From Auanema rhodensis (Eukaryota; Animalia; Nematoda): a stretch of DNA of 64,000 bases. The stretch is from NCBI GenBank assembly GCA_964057225.1, contig OZ059895.1, forward strand, positions 19,716,001 to 19,780,000. The letters run 5' to 3'. The position numbers were made by a program, and so were the translations under genes. Below are positions 9,701 to 24,600 of the stretch, piece by piece (positions within the stretch are counted from its first letter, which is position 1; each line of letters begins with the position of its first letter). The notes beneath the pieces were generated by a model. That model made no database searches. It was not told the DNA's origin and saw nothing but the letters and a program-made list of their open reading frames with translations.

Positions 9701-12628
9701 GCATCATTTTTTAAACGATCATAACTAATTTTTTTATTAAGCGTTTTTCAATGTAGTATAGTGCATTCGATGCGGATTTTTAAGCTGCGTCGATCTGTGT
9801 TATCAGATTTGCGCTAGCTTAAAAATGCACCGAGATATCAACTGATATAAGTTCACACTTATATCCTCGATTTTCACCCTGAAGAATTAATTTTTTCGTT
9901 GAATAACATTGTCCATCGTCTTTGCCTTGAAAAAAGGAATCTAAAAACATCTACTTTTTGATAAATTATTTTAAAATTTTTCGAAAAAATTTTTGTCAAA
10001 ATGTTTTTGGAAGCAATGTTGAGTGTACATGGAAACTCAACATACACTAATGCATCATTTTTCAAACGATCATAACTAATTTTTCTATAAAGCGTTTCTC
10101 AATGTAGTATAGTGCATTCGATGCGGATTTTTAAGCTGCGTCGATCTGTGTTATCAGATTTGCGCTAGCTTAAAAATGCACCGAGATATCAACTGATATA
10201 AGTTCACACTTATATCCTCGATTTTCACCCTGAAGAATTAATTTTTTCGTTGAATAACATTGTCCATCGTCTTTGCCTTAAAAAAAGGAATCTAAAAACA
10301 TCTACTCTTTGATAAATTATTTTAAAATTTTTCGAAAAAATTTTTGTCAAAATGTTTTTGGAAGCAATGTTGAGTGTACATGGAAACTCAACATACACTA
10401 ATGCATCATTTTTTAAACGATCATAACTAATTTTTTTATTAAGCGTTTTTCAATGTAGTATAGTGCATTCGATGCGGATTTTTAAGCTGCGTCGATCTGT
10501 GTTATCAGATTTGCGCTAGCTTAAAAATGCACCGAGATATCAACTGATATAAGTTCACACTTATATCCTCGATTTTCACCCTGAAGAATTAATTTTTTCG
10601 TTGAATAACATTGTCCATCGTCTTTGCCTTAAAAAAAGGAATCTAAAAACATCTACTTTTGCTAGATTATTTTGAAATTTCTCGAAAAAATTTTTGTCAA
10701 AATGTTTTTGGAAGCAATGTTGAGTGTACATGGAAACTCAACATACACTAATGCATAATTTTTCAAACGATCATAACTAATTTTTGTATTAAGCGTTTCT
10801 CAATGTAGTATAGTGCATTCGATGCGGATTTTCAAGCTGCGTCGATCTGTGTTATCAGATTTGCGCTAGCTTAAAAATGCACCGAGATATCAACTGATAT
10901 AAGTTCACACTTATATCCTCGATTTTCACCCTGAAGAATTAATTTTTTCGTTGAGTAACAGTGTCCATCGTCTTTGCCTTAAAAAAAGGAATCTAAAAAC
11001 ATCTACTTTTTGATAAATTATTTTAAAATTTTTCGAAAAAATTTTTGTCAAAATGTTTTTGGAAGCAATGTTGAGTGTACATGGAAACTCAACATACACT
11101 AATGCATCATTTTTCAAACGATCATAACTAATTTTTCTATAAAGCGTTTCTCAATGTAGTATAGTGCATTCGATGCGGATTTTTAAGCTGCGTCGATCTG
11201 TGTTATCAGATTTGCGCTAGCTTAAAAATGCACCGAGATATCAACTGATATAAGTTCACACTTATATCCTCGATTTTCACCCTGAAGAATTAATTTTTTC
11301 GTTGAATAACATTGTCCATCGTCTTTGCCTTAAAAAAAGGAATCTAAAAACATCTACTTTTTGATAAATTATTTTAAAATTTTTCGAAAAAATTTTTGTC
11401 AAAATGTTTTTGGAAGCAATGTTGAGTGTACATGGAAACTCAACATACACTAATGCATCATTTTTCAAACGATCATAACTAATTTTTCTATAAAGCGTTT
11501 CTCAATGTAGTATAGTGCATTCGATGCGGATTTTTAAGCTGCGTCGATCTGTGTTCTCAGATTTGCGCTAGCTTAAAAATGCACCGAGATATCAACTGAT
11601 ATAAGTTCACACTTATATCCTCGATTTTCACCCTGAAGAATTAATTTTTTCGTTGAATAACATTGTCCATCGTCTTTGCCTTAAAAAAAGGAATCTAAAA
11701 ACATCTACTTTTGCTAGATTATTTTGAAATTTCTCGAAAAAATTTTTGTCAAAATGTTTTTGGAAGCAATGTTGAGTGTACATGGAAACTCAACATACAC
11801 TAATGCATAATTTTTCAAACGATCATAACTAATTTTTGTATTAAGCGTTTCTCAATGTAGTATAGTGCATTCGATGCGGATTTTCAAGCTGCGTCGATCT
11901 GTGTTATCAGATTTGCGCTAGCTTAAAAATGCACCGAGATATCAACTGATATAAGTTCACACTTATATCCTCGATTTTCACCCTGAAGAATTAATTTTTT
12001 CGTTGAGTAACAGTGTCCATCGTCTTTGCCTTAAAAAAAGGAATCTAAAAACATCTACTTTTGCTAGATTATTTTGAAATTTCTCGAAAAAATTTTTGTC
12101 AAAATGTTTTTGGAAGCAATGTTGAGTGTACATGGAAACTCAACATACACTAATGCATAATTTTTCAAACGATCATAACTAATTTTTGTATTAAGCGTTT
12201 CTCAATGTAGTATAGTGCATTCGATGCGGATTTTCAAGCTGCGTCGATCTGTGTTATCAGATTTGCGCTAGCTTAAAAATGCACCGAGATATCAACTGAT
12301 ATAAGTTCACACTTATATCCTCGATTTTCACCCTGAAGAATTAATTTTTTCGTTGAATAACATTGTCCATCGTCTTTGCCTTAAAAAAAAGGAATCTAAA
12401 AACATCTACTTTTGCTAGATTATTTTGAAATTTCTCGAAAAAATTTTTGTCAAAATGTTTTTGGAAGCAATGTTGAGTGTACATGGAAACTCAACATACA
12501 CTAATGCATAATTTTTCAAACGATCATAACTAATTTTTGTATTAAGCGTTTCTCAATGTAGTATAGTGCATTCGATGCGGATTTTTAAGCTGCGTCCATC
12601 TGTGTTATCAGATTTGCGCTAGCTTAAA

Positions 12629-15600
12629 AATGCACCGAGATATCAACTGATATAAGTTCACACTTATATCCTCGATTTTCACCCTGAAGAATTAATTTTT
12701 TCGTTGAATAACAATGTCCATCGTCTTTGCCTTGAAAAAAGGAATCTAAAAACATCTACTTTTTGCTAAATTATTGTGAAATTTCTCGAAAAAATTTTTG
12801 TCAAAATGTTTTTGGAAGCAATGTTGAGTGTACATGGAAACTCAACATACACTAATGCATAATTTTTCAAACGATCATAACTAATTTTTGTATTAAGCGT
12901 TTCTCAATGTAGTATAGTGCATTCGATGCGGATTTTTAAGCTGCGTCGATCTGTGTTATCAGATTTGCGCTAGCTTAAAAATGCACCGAGATATCAAGTG
13001 ATATAAGTTCACACTTATATCCTCGATTTTCACCCTGAAGAATTAATTTTTTCGTTGAATAACATTGTCCATCGTCTTTGCCTTAAAAAAATGAATCTAA
13101 AAACATCTACTTTTTGATAAATTATCTTAAAATTTTTCGAAAAAATTTTTGTCAAAATGTTTTTGGAAGCAATGTTGAGTGTACATGGAAACTCAACATA
13201 CACTAATGCATAATTTTTCAAACGATCATAACTAATTTTTGTATTAAGCGTTTCTCAATGTAGTATAGTGCATTCGATGCGGATTTTTAAGCTGCGTCGA
13301 TCTGTGTTATCAGATTTGCGCTAGCTTAAAAATGCACCGAGATATCAAGTGATATAAGTTCACACTTATATCCTCGATTTTCACCCTGAAGAATTAATTT
13401 TTTCGTTGAATAACATTGTCCATCGTCTTTGCCTTAAAAAAATGAATCTAAAAACATCTACTTTTTGATAAATTATTTTAAAATTTTTCGAAAAAATTTT
13501 TGTCAAAATGTTTTTGGAAGCAATGTTGAGTGTACATGGAAACTCAACATACACTAATGCATAATTTTTCAAACGATCATAACTAATTTTTGTATTAAGC
13601 GTTTCTCAATGTAGTATAGTGCATTCGATGCGGATTTTTAAGCTGCGTCCATCTGTGTTATCAGATTTGCGCTAGCTTAAAAATGCACCGAGATATCAAC
13701 TGATATAAGTTCACACTTATATCCTCGATTTTCACCCTGAAGAATTAATTTTTTCGTTGAATAACAATGTCCATCGTCTTTGCCTTGAAAAAAGGAATCT
13801 AAAAACATCTACTTTTTGCTAAATTATTGTGAAATTTCTCGAAAAAATTTTTGTCAAAATGTTTTTGGAAGCAATGTTGAGTGTACATGGAAACTCAACA
13901 TACACTAATGCATAATTTTTCAAACGATCATAACTAATTTTTGTATTAAGCGTTTCTCAATGTAGTATAGTGCATTCGATGCGGATTTTTAAGCTGCGTC
14001 GATCTGTGTTATCAGATTTGCGCTAGCTTAAAAATGCACCGAGATATCAAGTGATATAAGTTCACACTTATATCCTCGATTTTCACCCTGAAGAATTAAT
14101 TTTTTCGTTGAATAACATTGTCCATCGTCTTTGCCTTAAAAAAATGAATCTAAAAACATCTACTTTTTGATAAATTATTTTAAAATTTTTCGAAAAAATT
14201 TTTGTCAAAATGTTTTTGGAAGCAATGTTGAGTGTACATGGAAACTCAACATACACTAATGCATAATTTTTCAAACGATCATAACTAATTTTTGTATTAA
14301 GCGTTTCTCAATGTAGTATAGTGCATTCGATGCGGATTTTTAAGCTGCGTCGATCTGTGTTATCAGATTTGCGCTAGCTTAAAAATGCACCGAGATATCA
14401 AGTGATATAAGTTCACACTTATATCCTCGATTTTCACCCTGAAGAATTAATTTTTTCGTTGAATAACATTGTCCATCGTCTTTGCCTTAAAAAAATGAAT
14501 CTAAAAACATCTACTTTTTGATAAATTATTTTAAAATTTTTCGAAAAAATTTTTGTCAAAATGTTTTTGGAAGCAATGTTGAGTGTACATGGAAACTCAA
14601 CATACACTAATGCATAATTTTTCAAACGATCATAACTAATTTTTGTATTAAGCGTTTCTCAATGTAGTATAGTGCATTCGATGCGGATTTTTAAGCTGCG
14701 TCGATCTGTGTTATCAGATTTGCGCTAGCTTAAAAATGCACCGAGATATCAAGTGATATAAGTTCACACTTATATCCTCGATTTTCACCCTGAAGAATTA
14801 ATTTTTTCGTTGAATAACATTGTCCATCGTCTTTGCCTTAAAAAAATGAATCTAAAAACATCTACTTTTTGATAAATTATTTTAAAATTTTTCGAAAAAA
14901 TTTTTGTCAAAATGTTTTTGGAAGCAATGTTGAGTGTACATGGAAACTCAACATACACTAATGCATCATTTTTTAAACGATCATAACTAATTTTTTTATT
15001 AAGCGTTTTTCAATGTAGTATAGTGCATTCGATGCGGATTTTTAAGCTGCGTCGATCTGTGTTATCAGATTTGCGCTAGCTTAAAAATGCACCGAGATAT
15101 CAACTGATATAAGTTCACACTTATATCCTCGATTTTCACCCTGAAGAATTAATTTTTTCGTTGAATAACATTGTCCATCGTCTTTGCCTTAAAAAAATGA
15201 ATCTAAAAACATCTACTTTTTGATAAATTATCTTAAAATTTTTCGAAAAAATTTTTGTCAAAATGTTTTTGGAAGCAATGTTGAGTGTACATGGAAACTC
15301 AACATACACTAATGCATAATTTTTCAAACGATCATAACTAATTTTTGTATTAAGCGTTTCTCAATGTAGTATAGTGCATTCGATGCGGATTTTTAAGCTG
15401 CGTCGATCTGTGTTATCAGATTTGCGCTAGCTTAAAAATGCACCGAGATATCAAGTGATATAAGTTCACACTTATATCCTCGATTTTCACCCTGAAGAAT
15501 TAATTTTTTCGTTGAATAACATTGTCCATCGTCTTTGCCTTAAAAAAATGAATCTAAAAACATCTACTTTTTGATAAATTATTTTAAAATTTTTCGAAAA

Positions 15601-18600
15601 AATTTTTGTCAAAATGTTTTTGGAAGCAATGTTGAGTGTACATGGAAACTCAACATACACTAATGCATAATTTTTCAAACGATCATAACTAATTTTTGTA
15701 TTAAGCGTTTCTCAATGTAGTATAGTGCATTCGATGCGGATTTTTAAGCTGCGTCCATCTGTGTTATCAGATTTGCGCTAGCTTAAAAATGCACCGAGAT
15801 ATCAACTGATATAAGTTCACACTTATATCCTCGATTTTCACCCTGAAGAATTAATTTTTTCGTTGAATAACAATGTCCATCGTCTTTGCCTTGAAAAAAG
15901 GAATCTAAAAACATCTACTTTTTGCTAAATTATTGTGAAATTTCTCGAAAAAATTTTTGTCAAAATGTTTTTGGAAGCAATGTTGAGTGTACATGGAAAC
16001 TCAACATACACTAATGCATAATTTTTCAAACGATCATAACTAATTTTTGTATTAAGCGTTTCTCAATGTAGTATAGTGCATTCGATGCGGATTTTTAAGC
16101 TGCGTCGATCTGTGTTATCAGATTTGCGCTAGCTTAAAAATGCACCGAGATATCAAGTGATATAAGTTCACACTTATATCCTCGATTTTCACCCTGAAGA
16201 ATTAATTTTTTCGTTGAATAACATTGTCCATCGTCTTTGCCTTAAAAAAATGAATCTAAAAACATCTACTTTTTGATAAATTATTTTAAAATTTTTCGAA
16301 AAAATTTTTGTCAAAATGTTTTTGGAAGCAATGTTGAGTGTACATGGAAACTCAACATACACTAATGCATAATTTTTCAAACGATCATAACTAATTTTTG
16401 TATTAAGCGTTTCTCAATGTAGTATAGTGCATTCGATGCGGATTTTTAAGCTGCGTCGATCTGTGTTATCAGATTTGCGCTAGCTTAAAAATGCACCGAG
16501 ATATCAAGTGATATAAGTTCACACTTATATCCTCGATTTTCACCCTGAAGAATTAATTTTTTCGTTGAATAACATTGTCCATCGTCTTTGCCTTAAAAAA
16601 ATGAATCTAAAAACATCTACTTTTTGATAAATTATTTTAAAATTTTTCGAAAAAATTTTTGTCAAAATGTTTTTGGAAGCAATGTTGAGTGTACATGGAA
16701 ACTCAACATACACTAATGCATAATTTTTCAAACGATCATAACTAATTTTTGTATTAAGCGTTTCTCAATGTAGTATAGTGCATTCGATGCGGATTTTTAA
16801 GCTGCGTCGATCTGTGTTATCAGATTTGCGCTAGCTTAAAAATGCACCGAGATATCAAGTGATATAAGTTCACACTTATATCCTCGATTTTCACCCTGAA
16901 GAATTAATTTTTTCGTTGAATAACATTGTCCATCGTCTTTGCCTTAAAAAAATGAATCTAAAAACATCTACTTTTTGATAAATTATTTTAAAATTTTTCG
17001 AAAAAATTTTTGTCAAAATGTTTTTGGAAGCAATGTTGAGTGTACATGGAAACTCAACATACACTAATGCATCATTTTTTAAACGATCATAACTAATTTT
17101 TTTATTAAGCGTTTTTCAATGTAGTATAGTGCATTCGATGCGGATTTTTAAGCTGCGTCGATCTGTGTTATCAGATTTGCGCTAGCTTAAAAATGCACCG
17201 AGATATCAACTGATATAAGTTCACACTTATATCCTCGATTTTCACCCTGAAGAATTAATTTTTTCGTTGAATAACAATGTCCATCGTCTTTGCCTTGAAA
17301 AAAGGAACCTAAAAACATCTACTTTTTGCTAAATTATTTTGAAATTTTTCGAAAAAATTTTTGTCAAAATGTTTTTGGAAGCAATGTTGAGTGTACATGG
17401 AAACTCAACATACACTAATGCATCATTTTTCAAACGATCATAACTAATTTTTCTATAAAGCGTTTCTCAATGTAGTATAGTGCATTCGATGCGGATTTTT
17501 AAGCTGCGTCGATCTGTGTTATCAGATTTGCGCTAGCTTAAAAATGCACCGAGATATCAACTGATATAAGTTCACACTTATATCCTCGATTTTCACCCTG
17601 AAGAATTAATTTTTTCGTTGAATAACAATGTCCATCGTCTTTGCCTTGAAAAAAGGAATCTAAAAACATCTACTTTTTGCTAAATTATTCTGAAATTTTT
17701 CGAAAAAATTTTTGTCAAAATGTTTTTGGAAGCAATGTTGAGTGTACATGGAAACTCAACATACACTAATGCATCATTTTTCAAACGATCATAACTAATT
17801 TTTGTATTAAGCGTTTCTCAATGTAGTATAGTGCATTCGATGCGGATTTTTAAGCTACGTCGATCTGTGTTATCAGATTTGCGCTAGCTTAAAAATGCAC
17901 CGAGATATCAACTGATATAAGTTCACACTTATATCCTCGATTTTCACCCTGAAGAATTGATTTTTTCGTTGAATAACATTGTCCATCGTCTTTGCCTTGA
18001 AAAAAGGAATCTAAAAACATCTACTTTTTGCTAAATTATATTGAAATTTTTCGAAAAAATTTTTGTCAAAATGTTTTTGGAAGCAATGTTGAGTGTACAT
18101 GGAAACTCAACATACACTAATGCATCATTTTTCAAACGATCATAACTAATTTTTGTATTAAGCGTTTCTCAATGTAGTATAGTGCATTCGATGCGGATTT
18201 TTAAGCTGCGTCGATCTGTGTTATCAGATTTGCGCTAGCTTAAAAATGCACCGAGATATCAAGTGATATAAGTTCACACTTATATCCTCGATTTTCACCC
18301 TGAAGAATTAATTTTTTCGTTGAATAACATTGTCCATCGTCTTTGCCTTAAAAAAAAGGAATCTAAAAACATCTACTTTTGCTAGATTATTTTGAAATTT
18401 CTCGAAAAAATTTTTGTCAAAATGTTTTTGGAAGCAATGTTGAGTGTACATGGAAACTCAACATACACTAATGCATAATTTTTCAAACGATCATAACTAA
18501 TTTTTGTATTAAGCGTTTCTCAATGTAGTATAGTGCATTCGATGCGGATTTTTAAGCTGCGTCCATCTGTGTTATCAGATTTGCGCTAGCTTAAAAATGC

Positions 18601-21600
18601 ACCGAGATATCAACTGATATAAGTTCACACTTATATCCTCGATTTTCACCCTGAAGAATTAATTTTTTCGTTGAATAACAATGTCCATCGTCTTTGCCTT
18701 GAAAAAAGGAATCTAAAAACATCTACTTTTTGCTAAATTATTGTGAAATTTCTCGAAAAAATTTTTGTCAAAATGTTTTTGGAAGCAATGTTGAGTGTAC
18801 ATGGAAACTCAACATACACTAATGCATAATTTTTCAAACGATCATAACTAATTTTTGTATTAAGCGTTTCTCAATGTAGTATAGTGCATTCGATGCGGAT
18901 TTTTAAGCTGCGTCGATCTGTGTTATCAGATTTGCGCTAGCTTAAAAATGCACCGAGATATCAAGTGATATAAGTTCACACTTATATCCTCGATTTTCAC
19001 CCTGAAGAATTAATTTTTTCGTTGAATAACATTGTCCATCGTCTTTGCCTTAAAAAAATGAATCTAAAAACATCTACTTTTTGATAAATTATTTTAAAAT
19101 TTTTCGAAAAAATTTTTGTCAAAATGTTTTTGGAAGCAATGTTGAGTGTACATGGAAACTCAACATACACTAATGCATAATTTTTCAAACGATCATAACT
19201 AATTTTTGTATTAAGCGTTTCTCAATGTAGTATAGTGCATTCGATGCGGATTTTTAAGCTGCGTCGATCTGTGTTATCAGATTTGCGCTAGCTTAAAAAT
19301 GCACCGAGATATCAAGTGATATAAGTTCACACTTATATCCTCGATTTTCACCCTGAAGAATTAATTTTTTCGTTGAATAACATTGTCCATCGTCTTTGCC
19401 TTAAAAAAATGAATCTAAAAACATCTACTTTTTGATAAATTATTTTAAAATTTTTCGAAAAAATTTTTGTCAAAATGTTTTTGGAAGCAATGTTGAGTGT
19501 ACATGGAAACTCAACATACACTAATGCATAATTTTTCAAACGATCATAACTAATTTTTGTATTAAGCGTTTCTCAATGTAGTATAGTGCATTCGATGCGG
19601 ATTTTTAAGCTGCGTCGATCTGTGTTATCAGATTTGCGCTAGCTTAAAAATGCACCGAGATATCAAGTGATATAAGTTCACACTTATATCCTCGATTTTC
19701 ACCCTGAAGAATTAATTTTTTCGTTGAATAACATTGTCCATCGTCTTTGCCTTAAAAAAATGAATCTAAAAACATCTACTTTTTGATAAATTATTTTAAA
19801 ATTTTTCGAAAAAATTTTTGTCAAAATGTTTTTGGAAGCAATGTTGAGTGTACATGGAAACTCAACATACACTAATGCATCATTTTTTAAACGATCATAA
19901 CTAATTTTTTTATTAAGCGTTTTTCAATGTAGTATAGTGCATTCGATGCGGATTTTTAAGCTGCGTCGATCTGTGTTATCAGATTTGCGCTAGCTTAAAA
20001 ATGCACCGAGATATCAACTGATATAAGTTCACACTTATATCCTCGATTTTCACCCTGAAGAATTAATTTTTTCGTTGAATAACAATGTCCATCGTCTTTG
20101 CCTTGAAAAAAGGAACCTAAAAACATCTACTTTTTGCTAAATTATTTTGAAATTTTTCGAAAAAATTTTTGTCAAAATGTTTTTGGAAGCAATGTTGAGT
20201 GTACATGGAAACTCAACATACACTAATGCATCATTTTTCAAACGATCATAACTAATTTTTCTATAAAGCGTTTCTCAATGTAGTATAGTGCATTCGATGC
20301 GGATTTTTAAGCTGCGTCGATCTGTGTTATCAGATTTGCGCTAGCTTAAAAATGCACCGAGATATCAACTGATATAAGTTCACACTTATATCCTCGATTT
20401 TCACCCTGAAGAATTAATTTTTTCGTTGAATAACAATGTCCATCGTCTTTGCCTTGAAAAAAGGAATCTAAAAACATCTACTTTTTGCTAAATTATTCTG
20501 AAATTTTTCGAAAAAATTTTTGTCAAAATGTTTTTGGAAGCAATGTTGAGTGTACATGGAAACTCAACATACACTAATGCATCATTTTTCAAACGATCAT
20601 AACTAATTTTTGTATTAAGCGTTTCTCAATGTAGTATAGTGCATTCGATGCGGATTTTTAAGCTACGTCGATCTGTGTTATCAGATTTGCGCTAGCTTAA
20701 AAATGCACCGAGATATCAACTGATATAAGTTCACACTTATATCCTCGATTTTCACCCTGAAGAATTGATTTTTTCGTTGAATAACATTGTCCATCGTCTT
20801 TGCCTTGAAAAAAGGAATCTAAAAACATCTACTTTTTGCTAAATTATATTGAAATTTTTCGAAAAAATTTTTGTCAAAATGTTTTTGGAAGCAATGTTGA
20901 GTGTACATGGAAACTCAACATACACTAATGCATCATTTTTCAAACGATCATAACTAATTTTTGTATTAAGCGTTTCTCAATGTAGTATAGTGCATTCGAT
21001 GCGGATTTTTAAGCTGCGTCGATCTGTGTTCTCAGATTTGCGCTAGCTTAAAAATGCACCGAGATATCAACTGATATAAGTTCACACTTATATCCTCGAT
21101 TTTCACCCTGAAGAATTAATTTTTTCGTTGAATAACATTGTCCATCGTCTTTGCCTTAAAAAAAGGAATCTAAAAACATCTACTTTTGCTAGATTATTTT
21201 GAAATTTCTCGAAAAAATTTTTGTCAAAATGTTTTTGGAAGCAATGTTGAGTGTACATGGAAACTCAACATACACTAATGCATAATTTTTCAAACGATCA
21301 TAACTAATTTTTGTATTAAGCGTTTCTCAATGTAGTATAGTGCATTCGATGCGGATTTTCAAGCTGCGTCGATCTGTGTTATCAGATTTGCGCTAGCTTA
21401 AAAATGCACCGAGATATCAACTGATATAAGTTCACACTTATATCCTCGATTTTCACCCTGAAGAATTAATTTTTTCGTTGAGTAACATTGTCCATCGTCT
21501 TTGCCTTAAAAAAAGGAATCTAAAAACATCTACTTTTTGATAAATTATTTTAAAATTTTTCGAAAAAATTTTTGTCAAAATGTTTTTGGAAGCAATGTTG

Positions 21601-24600
21601 AGTGTACATGGAAACTCAACATACACTAATGCATCATTTTTTAAACGATCATAACTAATTTTTTTATTAAGCGTTTTTCAATGTAGTATAGTGCATTCGA
21701 TGCGGATTTTTAAGCTGCGTCGATCTGTGTTATCAGATTTGCGCTAGCTTAAAAATGCACCGAGATATCAACTGATATAAGTTCACACTTATATCCTCGA
21801 TTTTCACCCTGAAGAATTAATTTTTTCGTTGAATAACAATGTCCATCGTCTTTGCCTTAAAAAAAGGAATCTAAAAACATCTACTTTTTGATAAATTATT
21901 TTAAAATTTTTCGAAAAAATTTTTGTCAAAATGTTTTTGGAAGCAATGTTGAGTGTACATGGAAACTCAACATACACTAATGCATCATTTTTTAAACGAT
22001 CATAACTAATTTTTGTATTAAGCGTTTCTCAATGTAGTATAGTGCATTCGATGCGGATTTTCAAGCTGCGTCGATCTGTGTTATCAGATTTGCGCTAGCT
22101 TAAAAATGCACCGAGATATCAACTGATATAAGTTCACACTTATATCCTCGATTTTCACCCTGAAGAATTAATTTTTTCGTTGAGTAACATTGTCCATCGT
22201 CTTTGCCTTAAAAAAAGGAATCTAAAAACATCTACTTTTTGATAAATTATTTTAAAATTTTTCGAAAAAATTTTTGTCAAAATGTTTTTGGAAGCAATGT
22301 TGAGTGTACATGGAAACTCAACATACACTAATGCATCATTTTTTAAACGATCATAACTAATTTTTTTATTAAGCGTTTTTCAATGTAGTATAGTGCATTC
22401 GATGCGGATTTTTAAGCTGCGTCGATCTGTGTTATCAGATTTGCGCTAGCTTAAAAATGCACCGAGATATCAACTGATATAAGTTCACACTTATATCCTC
22501 GATTTTCACCCTGAAGAATTAATTTTTTCGTTGAATAACAATGTCCATCGTCTTTGCCTTAAAAAAAGGAATCTAAAAACATCTACTTTTTGATAAATTA
22601 TTTTAAAATTTTTCGAAAAAATTTTTGTCAAAATGTTTTTGGAAGCAATGTTGAGTGTACATGGAAACTCAACATACACTAATGCATCATTTTTTAAACG
22701 ATCATGACTAATTTTTTTATTAAGCGTTTTTCAATGTAGTATAGTGCATTCGATGCGGATTTTTAAGCTGCGTCGATCTGTGTTATCAGATTTGCGCTAG
22801 CTTAAAAATGCACCGAGATATCAACTGATATAAGTTCACACTTATATCCTCGATTTTCACCCTGAAGAATTAATTTTTTCGTTGAATAACATTGTCCATC
22901 GTCTTTGCCTTAAAAAAAGGAATCTAAAAACATCTACTTTTTGATAAATTATTTTGAAATTTTTCGAAAAAATTTTTGTCAAAATGTTTTTGGAAGCAAT
23001 GTTGAGTGTACATGGAAACTCAACATACACTAATGCATAATTTTTCAAACGATCATAACTAATTTTTGTATTAAGCGTTTCTCAATGTAGTATAGTGCAT
23101 TCGATGCGGATTTTTAAGCTGCGTCCATCTGTGTTATCAGATTTGCGCTAGCTTAAAAATGCACCGAGATATCAACTGATATAAGTTCACACTTATATCC
23201 TCGATTTTCACCCTGAAGAATTAATTTTTTCGTTGAATAACAATGTCCATCGTCTTTGCCTTGAAAAAAGGAATCTAAAAACATCTACTTTTTGCTAAAT
23301 TATTGTGAAATTTCTCGAAAAAATTTTTGTCAAAATGTTTTTGGAAGCAATGTTGAGTGTACATGGAAACTCAACATACACTAATGCATCATTTTTTAAA
23401 CGATCATAACTAATTTTTTTATTAAGCGTTTTTCAATGTAGTATAGTGCATTCGATGCGGATTTTTAAGCTGCGTCGATCTGTGTTATCAGATTTGCGCT
23501 AGCTTAAAAATGCACCGAGATATCAACTGATATAAGTTCACACTTATATCCTCGATTTTCACCCTGAAGAATTAATTTTTTCGTTGAATAACAATGTCCA
23601 TCGTCTTTGCCTTAAAAAAAGGAATCTAAAAACATCTACTTTTTGATAAATTATTTTAAAATTTTTCGAAAAAATTTTTGTCAAAATGTTTTTGGAAGCA
23701 ATGTTGAGTGTACATGGAAACTCAACATACACTAATGCATCATTTTTTAAACGATCATGACTAATTTTTTTATTAAGCGTTTTTCAATGTAGTATAGTGC
23801 ATTCGATGCGGATTTTTAAGCTGCGTCGATCTGTGTTATCAGATTTGCGCTAGCTTAAAAATGCACCGAGATATCAACTGATATAAGTTCACACTTATAT
23901 CCTCGATTTTCACCCTGAAGAATTAATTTTTTCGTTGAATAACATTGTCCATCGTCTTTGCCTTAAAAAAAGGAATCTAAAAACATCTACTTTTTGATAA
24001 ATTATTTTGAAATTTTTCGAAAAAATTTTTGTCAAAATGTTTTTGGAAGCAATGTTGAGTGTACATGGAAACTCAACATACACTAATGCATCATTTTTCA
24101 AACGATCATAACTAATTTTTCTATAAAGCGTTTCTCAATGTAGTATAGTGCATTCGATGCGGATTTGTAAGCTGCGTCGATCTGTGTTATCAGATTTGCG
24201 CTAGCTTGAAAATGCACCGAGATATCAACTGATATAAGTTCACACTTATATCCTCGATTTTCACCCTGAAGAATTGATTTTTTCGTTGAATAACATTGTC
24301 CATCGTCTTTGCCTTGAAAAAAGGAATCTAAAAACATCTACTTTTGCTAGATTATTGTGAAATTTCTCGAAAAAATTTTTGTCAAAATGTTTTTGGAAGC
24401 AATGTTGAGTGTACATGGAAACTCAACATACACTAATGCATAATTTTTCAAACGATCATAACTAATTTTTGTATTAAGCGTTTCTCAATGTAGTATAGTG
24501 CATTCGATGCGGATTTTTAAGCTGCGTCCATCTGTGTTATCAGATTTGCGCTAGCTTAAAAATGCACCGAGATATCAACTGATATAAGTTCACACTTATA

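Larger units (their letters stand above)
1..12628. repeat. Satellite domain 1: heterogeneous monomers with 3-mer and 4-mer local higher-order repeats
   Basis: Markers largely confined here: ATACCCTC/GAATCACA, TTTTCGCTAAATTATATTG, CAGCTTT, GAGTAACAGTG. The 1-bp-deleted TTTTGCTAGATT units (350 bp) are most frequent in this domain. Confidence 0.8.

Noticed and set aside
24098-24337. 79-aa minus-strand ORF
   Set aside because: It exists in one place only because rare SNPs (GCTTGAAA, GATTTGTAAG, AATTGATT) happen to remove stop codons across a monomer junction.
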